A stretch of 62,003 bases of DNA, filler included, from Hausera hauseri (taxonomy: Eukaryota), in assembly GCA_046269625.1 (NCBI GenBank). It is 10 parts of 10 records of this genome, joined end to end, with 100 filler letters (N's around TTAATTAATTAA, not from the genome) between each part and the next. Parts side by side here need not be neighbours in the genome. Positions count along the whole stretch, not along the records: positions 9,929 to 16,918 come from JBJURY010045665.1; positions 17,019 to 21,564 come from JBJURY010532898.1; positions 21,665 to 29,115 come from JBJURY010014010.1; 7 more parts are not named here. One strand, 5' to 3'. The notes under the pieces are model-generated. The model was not told the origin of the DNA and searched no databases. It saw only the letters and a list, made by a program, of their open reading frames with translations. A program made the translations under genes and the position numbers. Positions 14,073 to 25,400 of the stretch are shown here, one piece after another. The stretch's first letter is position 1. Every line of letters begins with the position of its first letter.

Positions 14073-14543
14073 TTATTTGCATAAAATATAGTCAATACAA
14101 AGCCGTAGACATTTTTTGTAAGCAGAATTCGGTCCATGATCACGATATGGACATATAATATTGTCTGATATTGATGTTGAATACGTCGTCATTCGGAACT
14201 CGGGAAACTGTGAATGGAGTTGTGTAAACTTTCGTCCGTCAATTTGATCTTTAATGTAAAATACGGTATTTTCAATGTCAAAACGATCACAAATATCTCC
14301 CATAATACACATCGCACAGAAAACTGAATTGCCTTCATACCAGTAAAGTCCATGACGATGTCGAAAGAGAAATCCGTTTGTAATTTTAGCTTTTTCCGTC
14401 AGGTCATTCCACACAATACCGGGCTTGAATATGTACAGAAGCGGCTTGAAAATGTTACCGACGTCCATAATGCATAATTCCTTTATCAGGTACCGGGCAT
14501 TATCATCTTGGAAAGCTTCAATATCTATGAATCCTGTCGCCAT
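14073..14543 (-). CDS. Polinton-associated small DEDD/DnaQ-like exonuclease-fold protein
   Basis: N-terminal FIDIEAF...IKELC (ExoI D-x-E), F.P, HGL.W..G; Cys/His-rich C-terminus. Confidence 0.6.
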   Translation of the reverse strand: MATGFIDIEAFQDDNARYLIKELCIMDVGNIFKPLLYIFKPGIVWNDLTEKAKITNGFLFRHRHGLYWYEGNSVFCAMCIMGDICDRFDIENTVFYIKDQIDGRKFTQLHSQFPEFRMTTYSTSISDNIICPYRDHGPNSAYKKCLRLCIDYILCK

Positions 14544-14929
14544 TACTTATCTCTGGTACAAAAATCATTTTTGTTTATAACACAAACCAATCATTACATT
14601 TGGCCTTTTAACGTCGGTTTTGCTGCTGCTGCTTTCTGAGCAAGTTCTGTTTCGTTTCCAGACAATCGGCCTGCAGACAATCACCCGGTTTTTCTAATTG
14701 TCGGATAGGTGATTCCAGCAGTTTGACATTAGAATCGTCCTTTTTGTTGTAGCCAAACAACCACGACCAATCTGAACTTTCATCACCATTGGCATCATTG
14801 AGTTGAATTGTTTTATCGTCGTCTTCTATGGTAGTAATGTCTGAATGAGCATGAGAATGGTATTTATAGTTTGTTGTTTTTCTGCAATGTACATTATTTT
14901 GATTCACTAAAACATTTATGTGATTTTTA

Positions 14930-15347
14930 ATTTGATTGATCATAAGTTCATAGTCCACTGTCCCAATACCGAATACAACAATTTTTCCAGTGCTAAACAC
15001 ATTGACACAAAGTGGGCGAAATGATGTCAGTCTCAGTGCAGGATACAGTTCGGGTTCATACGTACATTCAGTAGCAGCGGTCATTGCTAATTTGTACAGA
15101 TTGATTGCTTGATGTTAGTCAAACTGAGTTGTTACCGTTAATGATTGGATTTTGTCAATGACAATTCCGAATAGCAGCAGTTTATTGTTGTCAGCTGTGA
15201 TTGCTTTGCGACAACCCATAATACGACACTTTCTCGATTGAAATACGATGCATGTAAAATCCGGTGGACACGGGAATACATACTTCCTCGGCTTCCATTG
15301 ATTAAAAGGTAGTATGTTAATGTCACCACTTGGCAACATGTCCGCAA
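14930..15347 (-). pseudogene. TATA-binding protein-like gene, frameshifted
   Basis: Two TBP-like repeats: TCIVFQSRKCRIMGCRK (cf. TALIFSSGKMVCTGAK) and YEPELYPAL...VNVFSTGKIVVFG (cf. YEPELFPGL...LLIFVSGKVVLTG). Confidence 0.8.
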
Positions 15348-15463
15348 TAATTGATATTAACTATCATTATGGAAACAGTGTTTATACTATAAATATTTAT
15401 ATGCGCGCGTGTAAAACGATTATAATCAAATCATGTGATGAGGAAAGGTTGTATTATTGTTAG

Positions 15464-15835
15464 ATAAAGCTGCAGAATGATGCAATTTTCCAGATTGTAG
15501 GCCCAAGTGAAAGTGGTAAAACACACTTTGTGTGTAAACTATTGCAGAACTACCGTGACATGTTCCATTCACCGCGGTATAATCACATATACTGGCATCA
15601 GGGTGCTGGTGATGATGGTTAGTCCGGTTTGACACAACGGGAATTTTCTACACGGAAATCCATAACGTAATTGATGGGTTTGATGAGAAATGGCCAGAGA
15701 GATTACGCAACCGTGATGTTATTGTCACTGACGATTTATTTCAAGAGGCAACAAAACAATCGGACTTCAACAACCTGTTCCCGAAGACTGCATGACACAG
15801 TGGTGTGACGGTTATTTTCATTACTCTGGATATTT
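15464..15835 (+). pseudogene. A32/FtsK-like packaging ATPase of a Polinton, frameshifted and truncated
   Basis: Walker A VGPSESGKT at 15497-15523; Walker B DVIVTDD; NLFPKTA*HSGVTVIFIT resembles LFT..SHH.N.SVIFITQ. Confidence 0.85.
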
Positions 15836-15849
15836 GCATCGAATATTGA

Positions 15850-16131
15850 GTGATAAGCATTTATTTGGTACTTGGTAGTAACAGATCATTATCACAACAT
15901 GACAACGACAATGACAATACCGCTAAACAGTTTACCGTGCACTTGAACCAACCGGTTGATTTAGGCCACGGAGCCTGCGAAGTGCCTTTGATGGAATTCA
16001 TGTTTACATTTTCACCAATGACAATACGTCAGAGCAGTGCTATTTACTTTAACCGACACGAAACGTACCCGATTTCAAGTCGTTTGCAGACAATCCGACA
16101 CAATAACCGATATGTTATTCGCAATTATTGA
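15850..16131 (+). pseudogene. Polinton minor capsid (penton-like) protein, N-terminal fragment
   Basis: YLVLGSNRS...NTAKQFTVHLNQPVDL...EVPLMEF resembles the Maverick motif FY.TLPSN.S...NT...F...L..PI.L...WEV.L.EI. Confidence 0.65.
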
Positions 16132-16510
16132 ATTTCCGTAAAGTACCACAACCAGTCTAAAGCTTCATTTCCGTCGAATCCAACATGATTAATTCTGAAA
16201 TCGTTTCCATTTACAGTAAACCGCAGCAGGGCAGGGAATTGCCGTATATCTTCGGTAAACAGTACGGCTCTCGATAGTTGCGTACATTGGCACATTTAGC
16301 ATTTCCGGTGTTGAAGCGTGCCGATGCAGTGGCAACAAAAACAGCACAGGACATGCTATATGAAAACAAATCGATTTTACAATAACTAAATAAACACGCC
16401 TTGTCGGAAATAAAAAGCGCTGCACCGGGAGTCGTTGAATCAGTCGCCGTAGAGCATCATCGAGTTCGTCAGCTATAAACAAACGTCGTCGTCGTATGAT
16501 TTTCGGTTGA

Positions 16511-16918
16511 TTGATGACACCTGCAAAATCTGAATTGTGTATATTTGACAAAAGCACGCCACAAGTTGTTATTGACAATGCAGCTTTTGAAGAAATCTAC
16601 CCCGTTGATTCGGTTTCAACGGATGACAACATTGAGATTCAATTCAACATTATGGCATCGGACAATAAATACCTGGATTTGAACGATACGCTACTATATG
16701 TAAGTCATTGTTAAAAAGGACGCGTCAACGGTTCTCGCTATAACAGACACTGTCACACCGGCCAATTACTTTTTCTTCACACTGTTCCAGGAGGCTTCAC
16801 TGACTCTGAACAGCGTCAAAATCGAAGGCAACACCAGTCTCTACAGTATCAAAGCACTCATTGAAACGGCTCTGAATTACAGCACAGACACGAAAACGAC
16901 TCATTTGACGAAAACCAT
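16511..16918 (+). pseudogene. Polinton major capsid protein (double jelly-roll), N-terminal part cut by contig end
   Basis: KSELCIF...QVVI...EIYP...IQFNI...YLDLNDTLLYV, then PANYFF.TLF...LN...Y..KALIETALNY: the conserved Maverick MCP N-terminus. Confidence 0.85.
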
Positions 16919-17018
16919 NNNNNNNNNNNNNNNNNNNNNNNNNNNNNNNNNNNNNNNNNNNNTTAATTAATTAANNNNNNNNNNNNNNNNNNNNNNNNNN
17001 NNNNNNNNNNNNNNNNNN

Positions 17019-17106
17019 CAAAAAAGAACTCTAATCGTTCTTGTATAACCCAAATTAAGAATTCAAATCGGAGTTTTAGACGTCTTAGAAGAGTCTTAAT
17101 GCACAT
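17019..17106 (-). CDS. LTR-encoded small ORF, partial (MCIKTLLRRLKLRFEFLIWVIQERLEFFF...)
   Basis: Homologous to 43878-44036 with many synonymous codon differences. Confidence 0.7.
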
Positions 17107-17580
17107 TAATTGTTAGAAAGTATTTTTTCTATATCCCTTGTTTTGTTTAATCTAATCCAAATATACAATGGATTCGAAGGAGCTGTAAATTAAAGGAAAG
17201 AATTATTTATTTCTTACTGTTAAGGTTTTATTTATTTATTTGTAAGTGGCGTACCCTACTTGTGCTTCAGGTGCCAACGCTATTACTTAATGGGAATAGT
17301 TAATATTACTTATTAAAGAAGAGATCAATAAGTCAAACAATCTTTTCTTAGAATTGTTACTTCAAATCTTCTTTGTTCTGGATTCGGAGTGGTTTCCCTT
17401 TTTGTCAAGACTTCAAATAAGAATGAAAAATATATTTCAAAATGGAACTAAATATCAATGGTAATATAGTTACAATGACAAACAACAATAGTCAAAATGA
17501 ATATAAAAGAAAAAATTACCAGTTTTACCGTTTTATAAATTTATATAGGGAATCTAACCCAAAAATTTCTCCTTTGTTTG

Positions 17581-17690
17581 AAAACAGTAGAAGTCCGAAT
17601 AGGAGTAATCGAAGGAATTTAACCTTTTGTGCAATAATTCAAAATTGAAGAAGTCCGAATAGGACTAATCGAAGGAATTTAACCTTTTGT
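17581..17690. repeat. 60-bp-period tandem duplication in the LTR
   Basis: AGAAGTCCGAATAGGA(G/C)TAATCGAAGGAATTTAACCTTTTGT at 17589 and 17649. Confidence 0.9.
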
Positions 17691-18122
17691 AATGGAAACT
17701 AATAAACATTTTAGTTAACTTGGACTAAATTTATGTTTGATAAATTTCTTTTTTTTGTGTGTGTTCGTTGAAATTTAGGTTTGTATTTATACTAATTTTT
17801 CTCTTTTTAAAAAGGAGGTGTTAAGTTGCTGTTTTTAGCAACTTGTATATGGGTTTTTAGTTGCTTATTTTAGTAACCTTTACTGTTATTTTTCTGTGAA
17901 GTTTGGCACACATTGTAGCATCTAAATGCAGTGGTTAGTAATAACTTTAACATCTTATTTTGTTCATCGAACATCCATCGTCACTATTCATAGAAATCAA
18001 TCAATATTTTGTTCAGTGCAAAACAACTGCAACCACGCATTCTGTGAGTTACAATCGAGGCAGGTGATGTTGATTTAGTTATGGACATTACTTACTTAAC
18101 AAATGAATCTTAATACTTAACA

Positions 18123-18135
18123 TCTTCCTCCCCTT
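18123..18135 (-). promoter_or_regulatory. Polypurine tract
   Basis: AAGGGGAGGAAGA directly before the LTR start TGTTAAG on the minus strand. Confidence 0.85.
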
Positions 18136-18327
18136 AAACAAATTTTCGTCAAGAAAATTTATTGTACGGCAAAACTGGTAAAATACTGTAAGAATAAAAC
18201 ATGATTTACACTGTAACATAAAGAATGGAAGTATACATAAAATACAGTGAAGAAAAGAAAAAATAGCAAAAAATTAATGTCAAATTATTCATAATGTTCA
18301 TTAAAAACGGGGTTTTGGTTACCCATT

Positions 18328-21300
18328 TTAACTCGCCATTTTCACTATCAGTTGATGCGGTTGATTGTTCATTAATATAGGATTATCAGTTTTTTGAAGT
18401 CCATATAAGTTTTCTAGTATGTATCCGTTTGACCCTTGGTATAGAATCATTCGGATGTTTGATTTCGCGTAGTCCATTTGAAGGATCTTACCATTCCTTG
18501 GTTTAGGATATGGCGTGTCATCCAATTGCATGGGTATTGGCTGGAAATTTACAATTACTTCATGATGTGTTTGTTGGAGGATCTCATATTCAACTCCAAA
18601 AACAGCCATATGTAGAGTATTATGTGTCTGGTGTTTGTAGACTAATCCAATAACTTTACCAAAATTAGCATTGGAGATCAGTAAGTTTCCATTGTACGTA
18701 TGTAACGTAGTTGTCGGTATATACGTTACGTTGATTATTTGTTTCGAATTTCCATAAAATAAAATAGACAACCGAATTTTATTATCAGGTAGTTCTTTTG
18801 TAGCAAATTTTTTGAGATATTCCTTTGTATGTTCTTTGAGTTGCTGTATAATCTTTCTCTCGTCATCCGTATGAATCTCAATTTTTTCTTTGATATAGTC
18901 GTTATGATATTTTGAATCTATTTGGTCGAATGAACCGTTAGCAATTAGATTATTGATTGGAGGCGTCCATTGTAGGTTCCATTTTTCATTTGTACAGGTT
19001 TTATTTAGACTTTCATAAATATTGATAATGGCGTCCATGATTGATTCCGCGTTTTTTGGGAATTCGTAACTTAATCCGTATAATTGTGGTAATTTTGTGA
19101 GACATTGTTTGATTCCTTGTTCATTGAAACGATTTGTGGAATTTGAAATTGCGAAAAGATCTACTATCCAATGTAAAATATCCAGGGGTATCCTTAATGA
19201 TTGTAATATTGTAACCGTATTAACGCTGATAACGGTGTATCCAAACAAATACTTGATAATTTCTGCTCGTACCATTTCTTCGTCTGTTGATTGATTTATG
19301 ATGGGTAGGCTGAGCCCGTGGTAATGTTCATTCGAATTGTCGATCTTTATTCTTGGGTTAATGAATTCACGGTAAGTTATTAATCCGTTTGAGTCTGCTA
19401 TTATGACTTCAACAGGCAGTGGCTGTCCTCTTGTCGAATAGGATAAAGAGGTACTCAAATATCGGTAATTGTTGGTTCTGGTTAGCTGGAAATTCTGCTG
19501 TATGTCTTTTGGCGGTTTTTGGGCAAACATTGGTGGGTTTAGACCAAGATAATTATCCATAGGTTGACATATTTCTACGGCTATCACAATTGGAATAGTT
19601 AATGGTCTGAAATGGATAGGAGTTTGGAATGCTCTTGCTTTGATTTCTAATGTAGTTTTCGAGTTTATGATTGCTTCTTGAGGATTTGCTCCATCATAAA
19701 TTTCTTGTTCGGTTCGAAGTTGGATTTTACCTTGAGCCATGTGTAAAAATACGCATTTGAATGGTAATTTTATCCCGAAAATAGTACTCAAGTTTATGTC
19801 ATATAGTGCCTTATCTATTCGGATAATTTGGAAAGTGCGATCATTCGTCGTCATCGTTTTTAAATTATTAGGTAGAAATCTCGCCTCTGGGAAGAATATA
19901 TCATCTGTAGATTTAACAGCTTCCATTATAGTATTATAGAATTTTGGTGGAAAGATATTTCTTGGATCTTGATGATGCTTTACAAATTTCTGAGATAATT
20001 CTGTCCATGTCCTGTTTAGTATCTCATCTTGTTTGCATTCTTCCATATTTCGGATTATTGTTTCTCGCAACTTGAGATATTTCTTTGGTGGGAGATCTTC
20101 GATTTGGATTCCCTTTCGTCTTATTTCAATCATTGATTTAACTTGTGGCACATTACTGGAAACTGGTTTGGAGATGGGTATCGATAATATACCTCTTGAC
20201 ATTGGTAATTGAGTTGGATTACTGAAGGAGAACTGGGATGAACATGATTGAGTTGGTAGCACAACCCTTCTTTTAGGGTTTGCTATGACTGATATAATTG
20301 ACTGATCTGAATCTGATTCTGTGGATGAAGCGTCGAGATCGATATCTGTGTCCATTATTGTTGGAAACTCATCCCTTTTTTTAGAGATATTGTCTGTTGT
20401 TGCTGATATTTTATCCATATTTGGTTTTGAAAAAGTCGCTGTAAGAAAATAAAAATTTTTTATAGTATTTGTAATAGAGTAGGTGGTTACTCTATAGGTT
20501 TCTTGCTGACCAATTTCTATTGGTCTTTTAGACTTTGTGTAAAGTATTGTGCTTTGGTTGGCACATTTGTGTGTTGGTATATAAAATTTACTTATTTCAT
20601 GTGTGTGTTTATAAAGTTTTTTAAACTCCCAAACGCCAACTGCCCACTCCACACCAAAATCTGATCTAGTGGTTGCTAAACATATTAAGCTAGTTGTTAC
20701 TAATAGAGTTTTGTTCATAATAACTCGTTTTTTAGAGATTCTTTTTAATTCGATAATTATGAAAGGTGTGGATATAGAGAGTAACAAGAGTATTACTATT
20801 ATAGAAGGTATTATGGTTCTTAGCATGGTTATTTGACTATTAGGACTGGTAGTTAATTGGGTTGGTGTATTTATTAGAAATTCTTCGTGTATTACATATC
20901 TATCGGTTCTAGTTAGGGTTCTAACCGTTTGATGCTTTGTTTTTGCTTGGTTTTGAGTAAGAATGATCAAATATTCCTCGTCAGGTTGGAGATCAATACA
21001 TCGAGTTATTCTTTCTTTTTCTTTCATGACAGTGTATATATTATGGTATTTTCCTACGCAAGTTATGAATATGGGATCTTTTACTAATTGTAAAGTTTTA
21101 AATTCAATATATGAATCCGAGGGGGTGATGAGTATTTCAGGTATTTTACTTAGTTTGGAAGTAGTAATTTGATGGTTACTAAAAGTTGATAATGCTATCA
21201 TGGTTGGTGAAGTTATTTGCTTTACTTGGAAAAATTGTAATAGCGACATATGGATATGAAAGTTCAGAGCCTTTTCGCCGGACTTATGTTTGAACAATCT

Positions 21301-21564
21301 AGGGAAATAATATGTTATTTGTAAATCAACGTCGTTTGTTAAGGTCGGTCTCTTTACCATGACTTTGTCTATTAATTTTGGTTCATTGTCCTTTTCTTGG
21401 GTAAAGAAGAAGTTAGGGCCTATTTTTTCTACGTGTACCTGTCTTGCTATAGGCAGGATTTTCTGGTTTGGTTTCAATAACATTCTTGTTGTTAGAAAGT
21501 AAAGGTCTATAAGACAGATTTCATTTAATAATGGAATTGAACAACGTTTAGTTGATAACCAAAT
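18328..21564 (-). CDS. Intact Gypsy 3' ORF (>1078 codons, open to the contig edge): FN3-like ectodomain, TM, second hydrophobic segment, then accessory protein with an inactive DEDDh-like domain
   Basis: RCIDLQPDEEYLIIL (FN3-like); IIPSIIVILLLLSISTPFIIIEL-KRISKKR (TM plus basic stop); EVIIADSNGLITYREFINPRIKIDNSNEHYHGLS (DEDDh fold). Lies just 5' of PPT/LTR; collinear with 39970-42584. Confidence 0.85.
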   Translation of the reverse strand: MWLSTKRCSIPLLNEICLIDLYFLTTRMLLKPNQKILPIARQVHVEKIGPNFFFTQEKDNEPKLIDKVMVKRPTLTNDVDLQITYYFPRLFKHKSGEKALNFHIHMSLLQFFQVKQITSPTMIALSTFSNHQITTSKLSKIPEILITPSDSYIEFKTLQLVKDPIFITCVGKYHNIYTVMKEKERITRCIDLQPDEEYLIILTQNQAKTKHQTVRTLTRTDRYVIHEEFLINTPTQLTTSPNSQITMLRTIIPSIIVILLLLSISTPFIIIELKRISKKRVIMNKTLLVTTSLICLATTRSDFGVEWAVGVWEFKKLYKHTHEISKFYIPTHKCANQSTILYTKSKRPIEIGQQETYRVTTYSITNTIKNFYFLTATFSKPNMDKISATTDNISKKRDEFPTIMDTDIDLDASSTESDSDQSIISVIANPKRRVVLPTQSCSSQFSFSNPTQLPMSRGILSIPISKPVSSNVPQVKSMIEIRRKGIQIEDLPPKKYLKLRETIIRNMEECKQDEILNRTWTELSQKFVKHHQDPRNIFPPKFYNTIMEAVKSTDDIFFPEARFLPNNLKTMTTNDRTFQIIRIDKALYDINLSTIFGIKLPFKCVFLHMAQGKIQLRTEQEIYDGANPQEAIINSKTTLEIKARAFQTPIHFRPLTIPIVIAVEICQPMDNYLGLNPPMFAQKPPKDIQQNFQLTRTNNYRYLSTSLSYSTRGQPLPVEVIIADSNGLITYREFINPRIKIDNSNEHYHGLSLPIINQSTDEEMVRAEIIKYLFGYTVISVNTVTILQSLRIPLDILHWIVDLFAISNSTNRFNEQGIKQCLTKLPQLYGLSYEFPKNAESIMDAIINIYESLNKTCTNEKWNLQWTPPINNLIANGSFDQIDSKYHNDYIKEKIEIHTDDERKIIQQLKEHTKEYLKKFATKELPDNKIRLSILFYGNSKQIINVTYIPTTTLHTYNGNLLISNANFGKVIGLVYKHQTHNTLHMAVFGVEYEILQQTHHEVIVNFQPIPMQLDDTPYPKPRNGKILQMDYAKSNIRMILYQGSNGYILENLYGLQKTDNPILMNNQPHQLIVKMAS

Positions 21565-22146
21565 NNNNNNNNNNNNNNNNNNNNNNNNNNNNNNNNNNNN
21601 NNNNNNNNTTAATTAATTAANNNNNNNNNNNNNNNNNNNNNNNNNNNNNNNNNNNNNNNNNNNNAAATGTCAAACCATAAAGAGGCCAAATATCTAACCA
21701 AATAATAATAATAAATTTGCCAAATATATAACCATACAGTAATAAAAAGGCCAAGTATCTAACCAAACAGTCAAATATCTAATTTCTTTAATCTTGTGAA
21801 GCCAATCATTGCAAGTAAAACTTTGCTTGAAGAACAACTGAAAGCCAAATCAGCTTGCTTTTATCTCACCGCAAGAATTGAACCACGGCAGCCAGTTCAA
21901 CCATCATCTTTCTGTACACATATAGATGACACAATCACATTATTGAATGTCAGCCAATGTCAACCAAGATGTCTTCCATTACCAGGATACAAGGAAGTTC
22001 ACAGTCTACCACCTAAATACCTACCTGGACAGTTGGAAGACTAACACCTTCACAGCTCTTTTTAGGACTACACCTGCCCTTTTCAGAACTCACCCAGGTA
22101 ACTGATTGAAGAGTTATAACAATAACAACCACCATTCACTACAATG

Positions 22147-22345
22147 CGGGGTGCTCTGTGGCTCAGTGGTTAGGATGCTCACCTCGGAATCTGATGGTAG
22201 GGGTTTCAAAACCACGCAGGATCCTACTCACGATGGCCTGGCCATCTGTTGTGCGTTTTAGTGGGGCCATTAAAATGTTGGCAGCTCTTGCTGATGCCCC
22301 TACGCACCACAAGGTGTATGGATCAATTTTTTTTCCGCTGTAATG
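22147..22345 (+). mobile_element. tRNA-derived SINE
   Basis: Box A TGGCTCAGTGGTTAG and decayed box B GGTTTCAAAACC followed by a non-tRNA tail. Confidence 0.6.
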
Positions 22346-22461
22346 TCCTAACACTGACCAAGATCATGAAATGATTTCATTCTCTGAACCTCATAAATAA
22401 ATATCAATTTACATAATTTTATGTCAGCACACAAAACACATCCAGTTTCATGCAAAAATAC

Positions 22462-25400
22462 CTGAGTCTGATCTTGAAGCAGAATGTCTTCCATGAGCCA
22501 GAACCGTCTGCAAGTGCACAAACATTTCAGTTAATTTACCCATTAAAGAATAACATTGCAACATTTTCAACCTTGTCTTTTTTTCATTCCAACATACAAC
22601 TTGGATCATGCTTCTTTAGTAACTTTGTTGTCAGGTTCCATACTGGTACCTACATTTGTATATTTACAGATATTTTCTTTCTCTCTTTAAAATTTGGCTA
22701 CTCCTTGATTTACGTAGAATTAATATGTAACGAGATGTACATTATGTGTGAATGAATGCAAGAGTATGAGCGGTGTGAGAAAAGAAGGGCAGAATGTAAG
22801 ACGGGCCTGTGTGCCCAATTTTTATCCCTTTGAAAATAAAGTTGATTTGATTTGATAATAATGTTTACCACCCCTGATGAACTATAGGTGAAATTCGCCA
22901 ATCACGCGGTGAGCATTCTGATAATGAATTCCAGGACAAAACATTAAACATACATGAAGGTAATTTTATCTCTGTCAGCTCTGTGCATGGACACCGAGTT
23001 AGTATTCTGGTTCACAGAATGTCTGGCAATGAGATTGGGTCTGTTTTGAATAGCTGCTCGACTGCGTCAAAAATCAGGTTAAGGTCATCCAAGTTAGTAT
23101 GCAAATGTTATTTTCACTGCACGATGGTGCTGTCCTTAGATGCTACAATTTCTGCGTTGGTCAAACACCCTCCGTACATCACCAGCAAAGTACTCATGCA
23201 TGGCAACTCCTCTCTTCATACCAAGCTCTATTAACCTGTTGGTAAAGGTGATGCTCTGTGAGACCTGTATTCCTAAAGATCCATTGCTCCTCCCTGTGAA
23301 ATCACACCTTTGCTTGTCAGCGAATCTGCATGTTTGTCACCTGTCACACCTGCATGCACATGCACAAAGATGAAGGTCAACCTGCTAATAGTTAACCTCA
23401 TAAAAGAGTTGAGCCACTGCCTGCACCTATACATCCATACATCCATCTTTGGCTTCATTTGACATTTAAACGTATCACTCAGTAGAACAAGAGTAATAAT
23501 TCTTATGCAGGATCAGCCATGGGGAAAACTTCCTCTTATCATGTGCAGGAGCAGCAGATAGACAGCCCTGTCTGTTTCTAACAGGAGCACCTGGTCCAGA
23601 AAACTATATGAAGCTGTCTTGAATAACTTATCTGGAGATAATGGTAGACATTCTCTCAGATTTGATAAGGTTGAGAAGCAGACTGCTCAGTTAGGAAAAT
23701 ACATTAGTAATAACAACAACTAAACTGTAGACACATCAGAGGTTACAACAACTTACTGTAATAGACACATCAGAGGTTACAACAACTTACTGTTCAATGC
23801 CCAGGTATGCCATTAAGCCCATATCACTCTGTCTGTTGAGTTTGGTCACCCTTTCCCAGTAGCGGTCATCACTCTTTTCATTGTATAATGCATACAAGTC
23901 AAACAAGGGAGGATAAATCTTGGGCAGAAAAATGGGATATAACAGGCTTGCAGACGTAAACACTTCTCTAAAAGAAGAAAAAAATTGCCATTTTATGCAA
24001 GCGTAAAGAATAGAACATTAGGATGGATGTAACATTATGTTACAGGCATTTTTCTCACTGCGAAAGACGGGGCATTATGGCTGAATATTAGAACAAGGTC
24101 CCCAGTCAATGAATTCTATGAGGTATTCTGAAAATATGTCAGTCACAACAATAGTGTTGCAGTTAGTGCGCTTGTTTTCAATCATATGGTTGTGGGTTCA
24201 ATCCCAGCTGTGGTGTGTTGAATTTTTATGACCAAAACGACCTCATGGATAAACCCAGCCTCATGACATTGGAAAAGTAAAAGCGACCTGGTGTTATGCT
24301 GACCACATACCTAAATACGTGCCGTTGGTCAATGAAAATGTGGATACCAACTCCACGTTCCCTTGAAGTCTTTAAAGTGTGGATGGGGCCTTTTAAGTCT
24401 TTAAAGTGTGGATGGGGCCTTTTAAGTCTTTAAAGTGTGGATGGGGCCCATTTATTTGCACTTTATGATTCTGAAAATGTAATGTTATATCTATTTTGTC
24501 TCCAGCTTTCCTTGAGGCATAAGGCACCAATGAGTAATTGACACCAAGATATGTCCGGGTTATGTAAGGTCAGGCTCATTCCGGATTTTTCTGGTTTGTA
24601 TCCGTTCTCTATTTATAGTTTACCTCCAGGTCTCTTCAAGTCACCCCGTGCTTTTATTCCTGCTTGATTTCATCTCAGATCAGGCCATGCGTTTCTTGAT
24701 TTTGTGCATCCTCAGTTTAAGGCACTTCAATTTCCACCTTCTTTTCTCAATTGTTTCCCCATTAATGTTAGTGATGACTGTGCACTGTGTTATTTCCCCA
24801 TTTCTTTGTTCTCCAATAGATTGCAATGTCTTCCCTTAAATATCTTCCCTTAGAGCCTCTGAATGACTAGCTGTTTTAGTGTTCGTTGTCCATGTCTCTG
24901 ATCCATATAGGAGAACTGTGTGAACATTTGACTTGTATGTATTAAGGTTGCCTGTGTCCAGTATGTTCAAGATTTCTTTTTGCCCAGTTCCCTGAATCTT
25001 GCATCCAACCATTTCATTTTTGCAGTAATTTCTTTTTTTCCATATGACCATCCTTGACATCATAAGTCCCATTTTACTTGAATGTTACAATGTTATACAA
25101 AAGAAGTCTTCTGTATTGGTACTGGTCTTGAATTGTATCCTACAAATCAGCGAATATATTTTCTTATAATAATATTTAAGTGGAAAACACTGATTTTGTA
25201 ATAAACACATGTGTTTTTATACTTCACACTAACAAAGATAGTACACAACCAGAGTGGTGCCATGATGAAAGCATACCAACAGAGGTGATGTAATAAAGGA
25301 AGCATACCACCTAAACAGTGAAGAAATAAAGTAAACATACCAGCCGAGAAGTGCAGTAACAACAAACAAAAAAAGCTATCATCATCAGGTGCCAACTGTA

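Larger units (their letters stand above)
17019..18122 (-). mobile_element. Long (>1.1 kb) LTR of the Gypsy element, cut by contig end
   Basis: Starts TGTTAAG directly after the polypurine tract; shares sequence blocks with the LTR at 42786-44103. Confidence 0.8.

Noticed and set aside
17819-18122. 304-bp unit bounded by TGTTAAG...CTTAACA as a short LTR or MITE
   Set aside because: Sequence beyond 17819 still matches the long LTR at 42786-44103, so the inner motif is internal.
22147-22225. tRNA genes (also near 24150, 26045, 32345)
   Set aside because: No intact cloverleaf; they continue into repeated bodies, so they are SINE heads.
24366-24449. 29-bp x3 repeat as a CRISPR-like array
   Set aside because: No spacers, eukaryotic context, located at a SINE tail.
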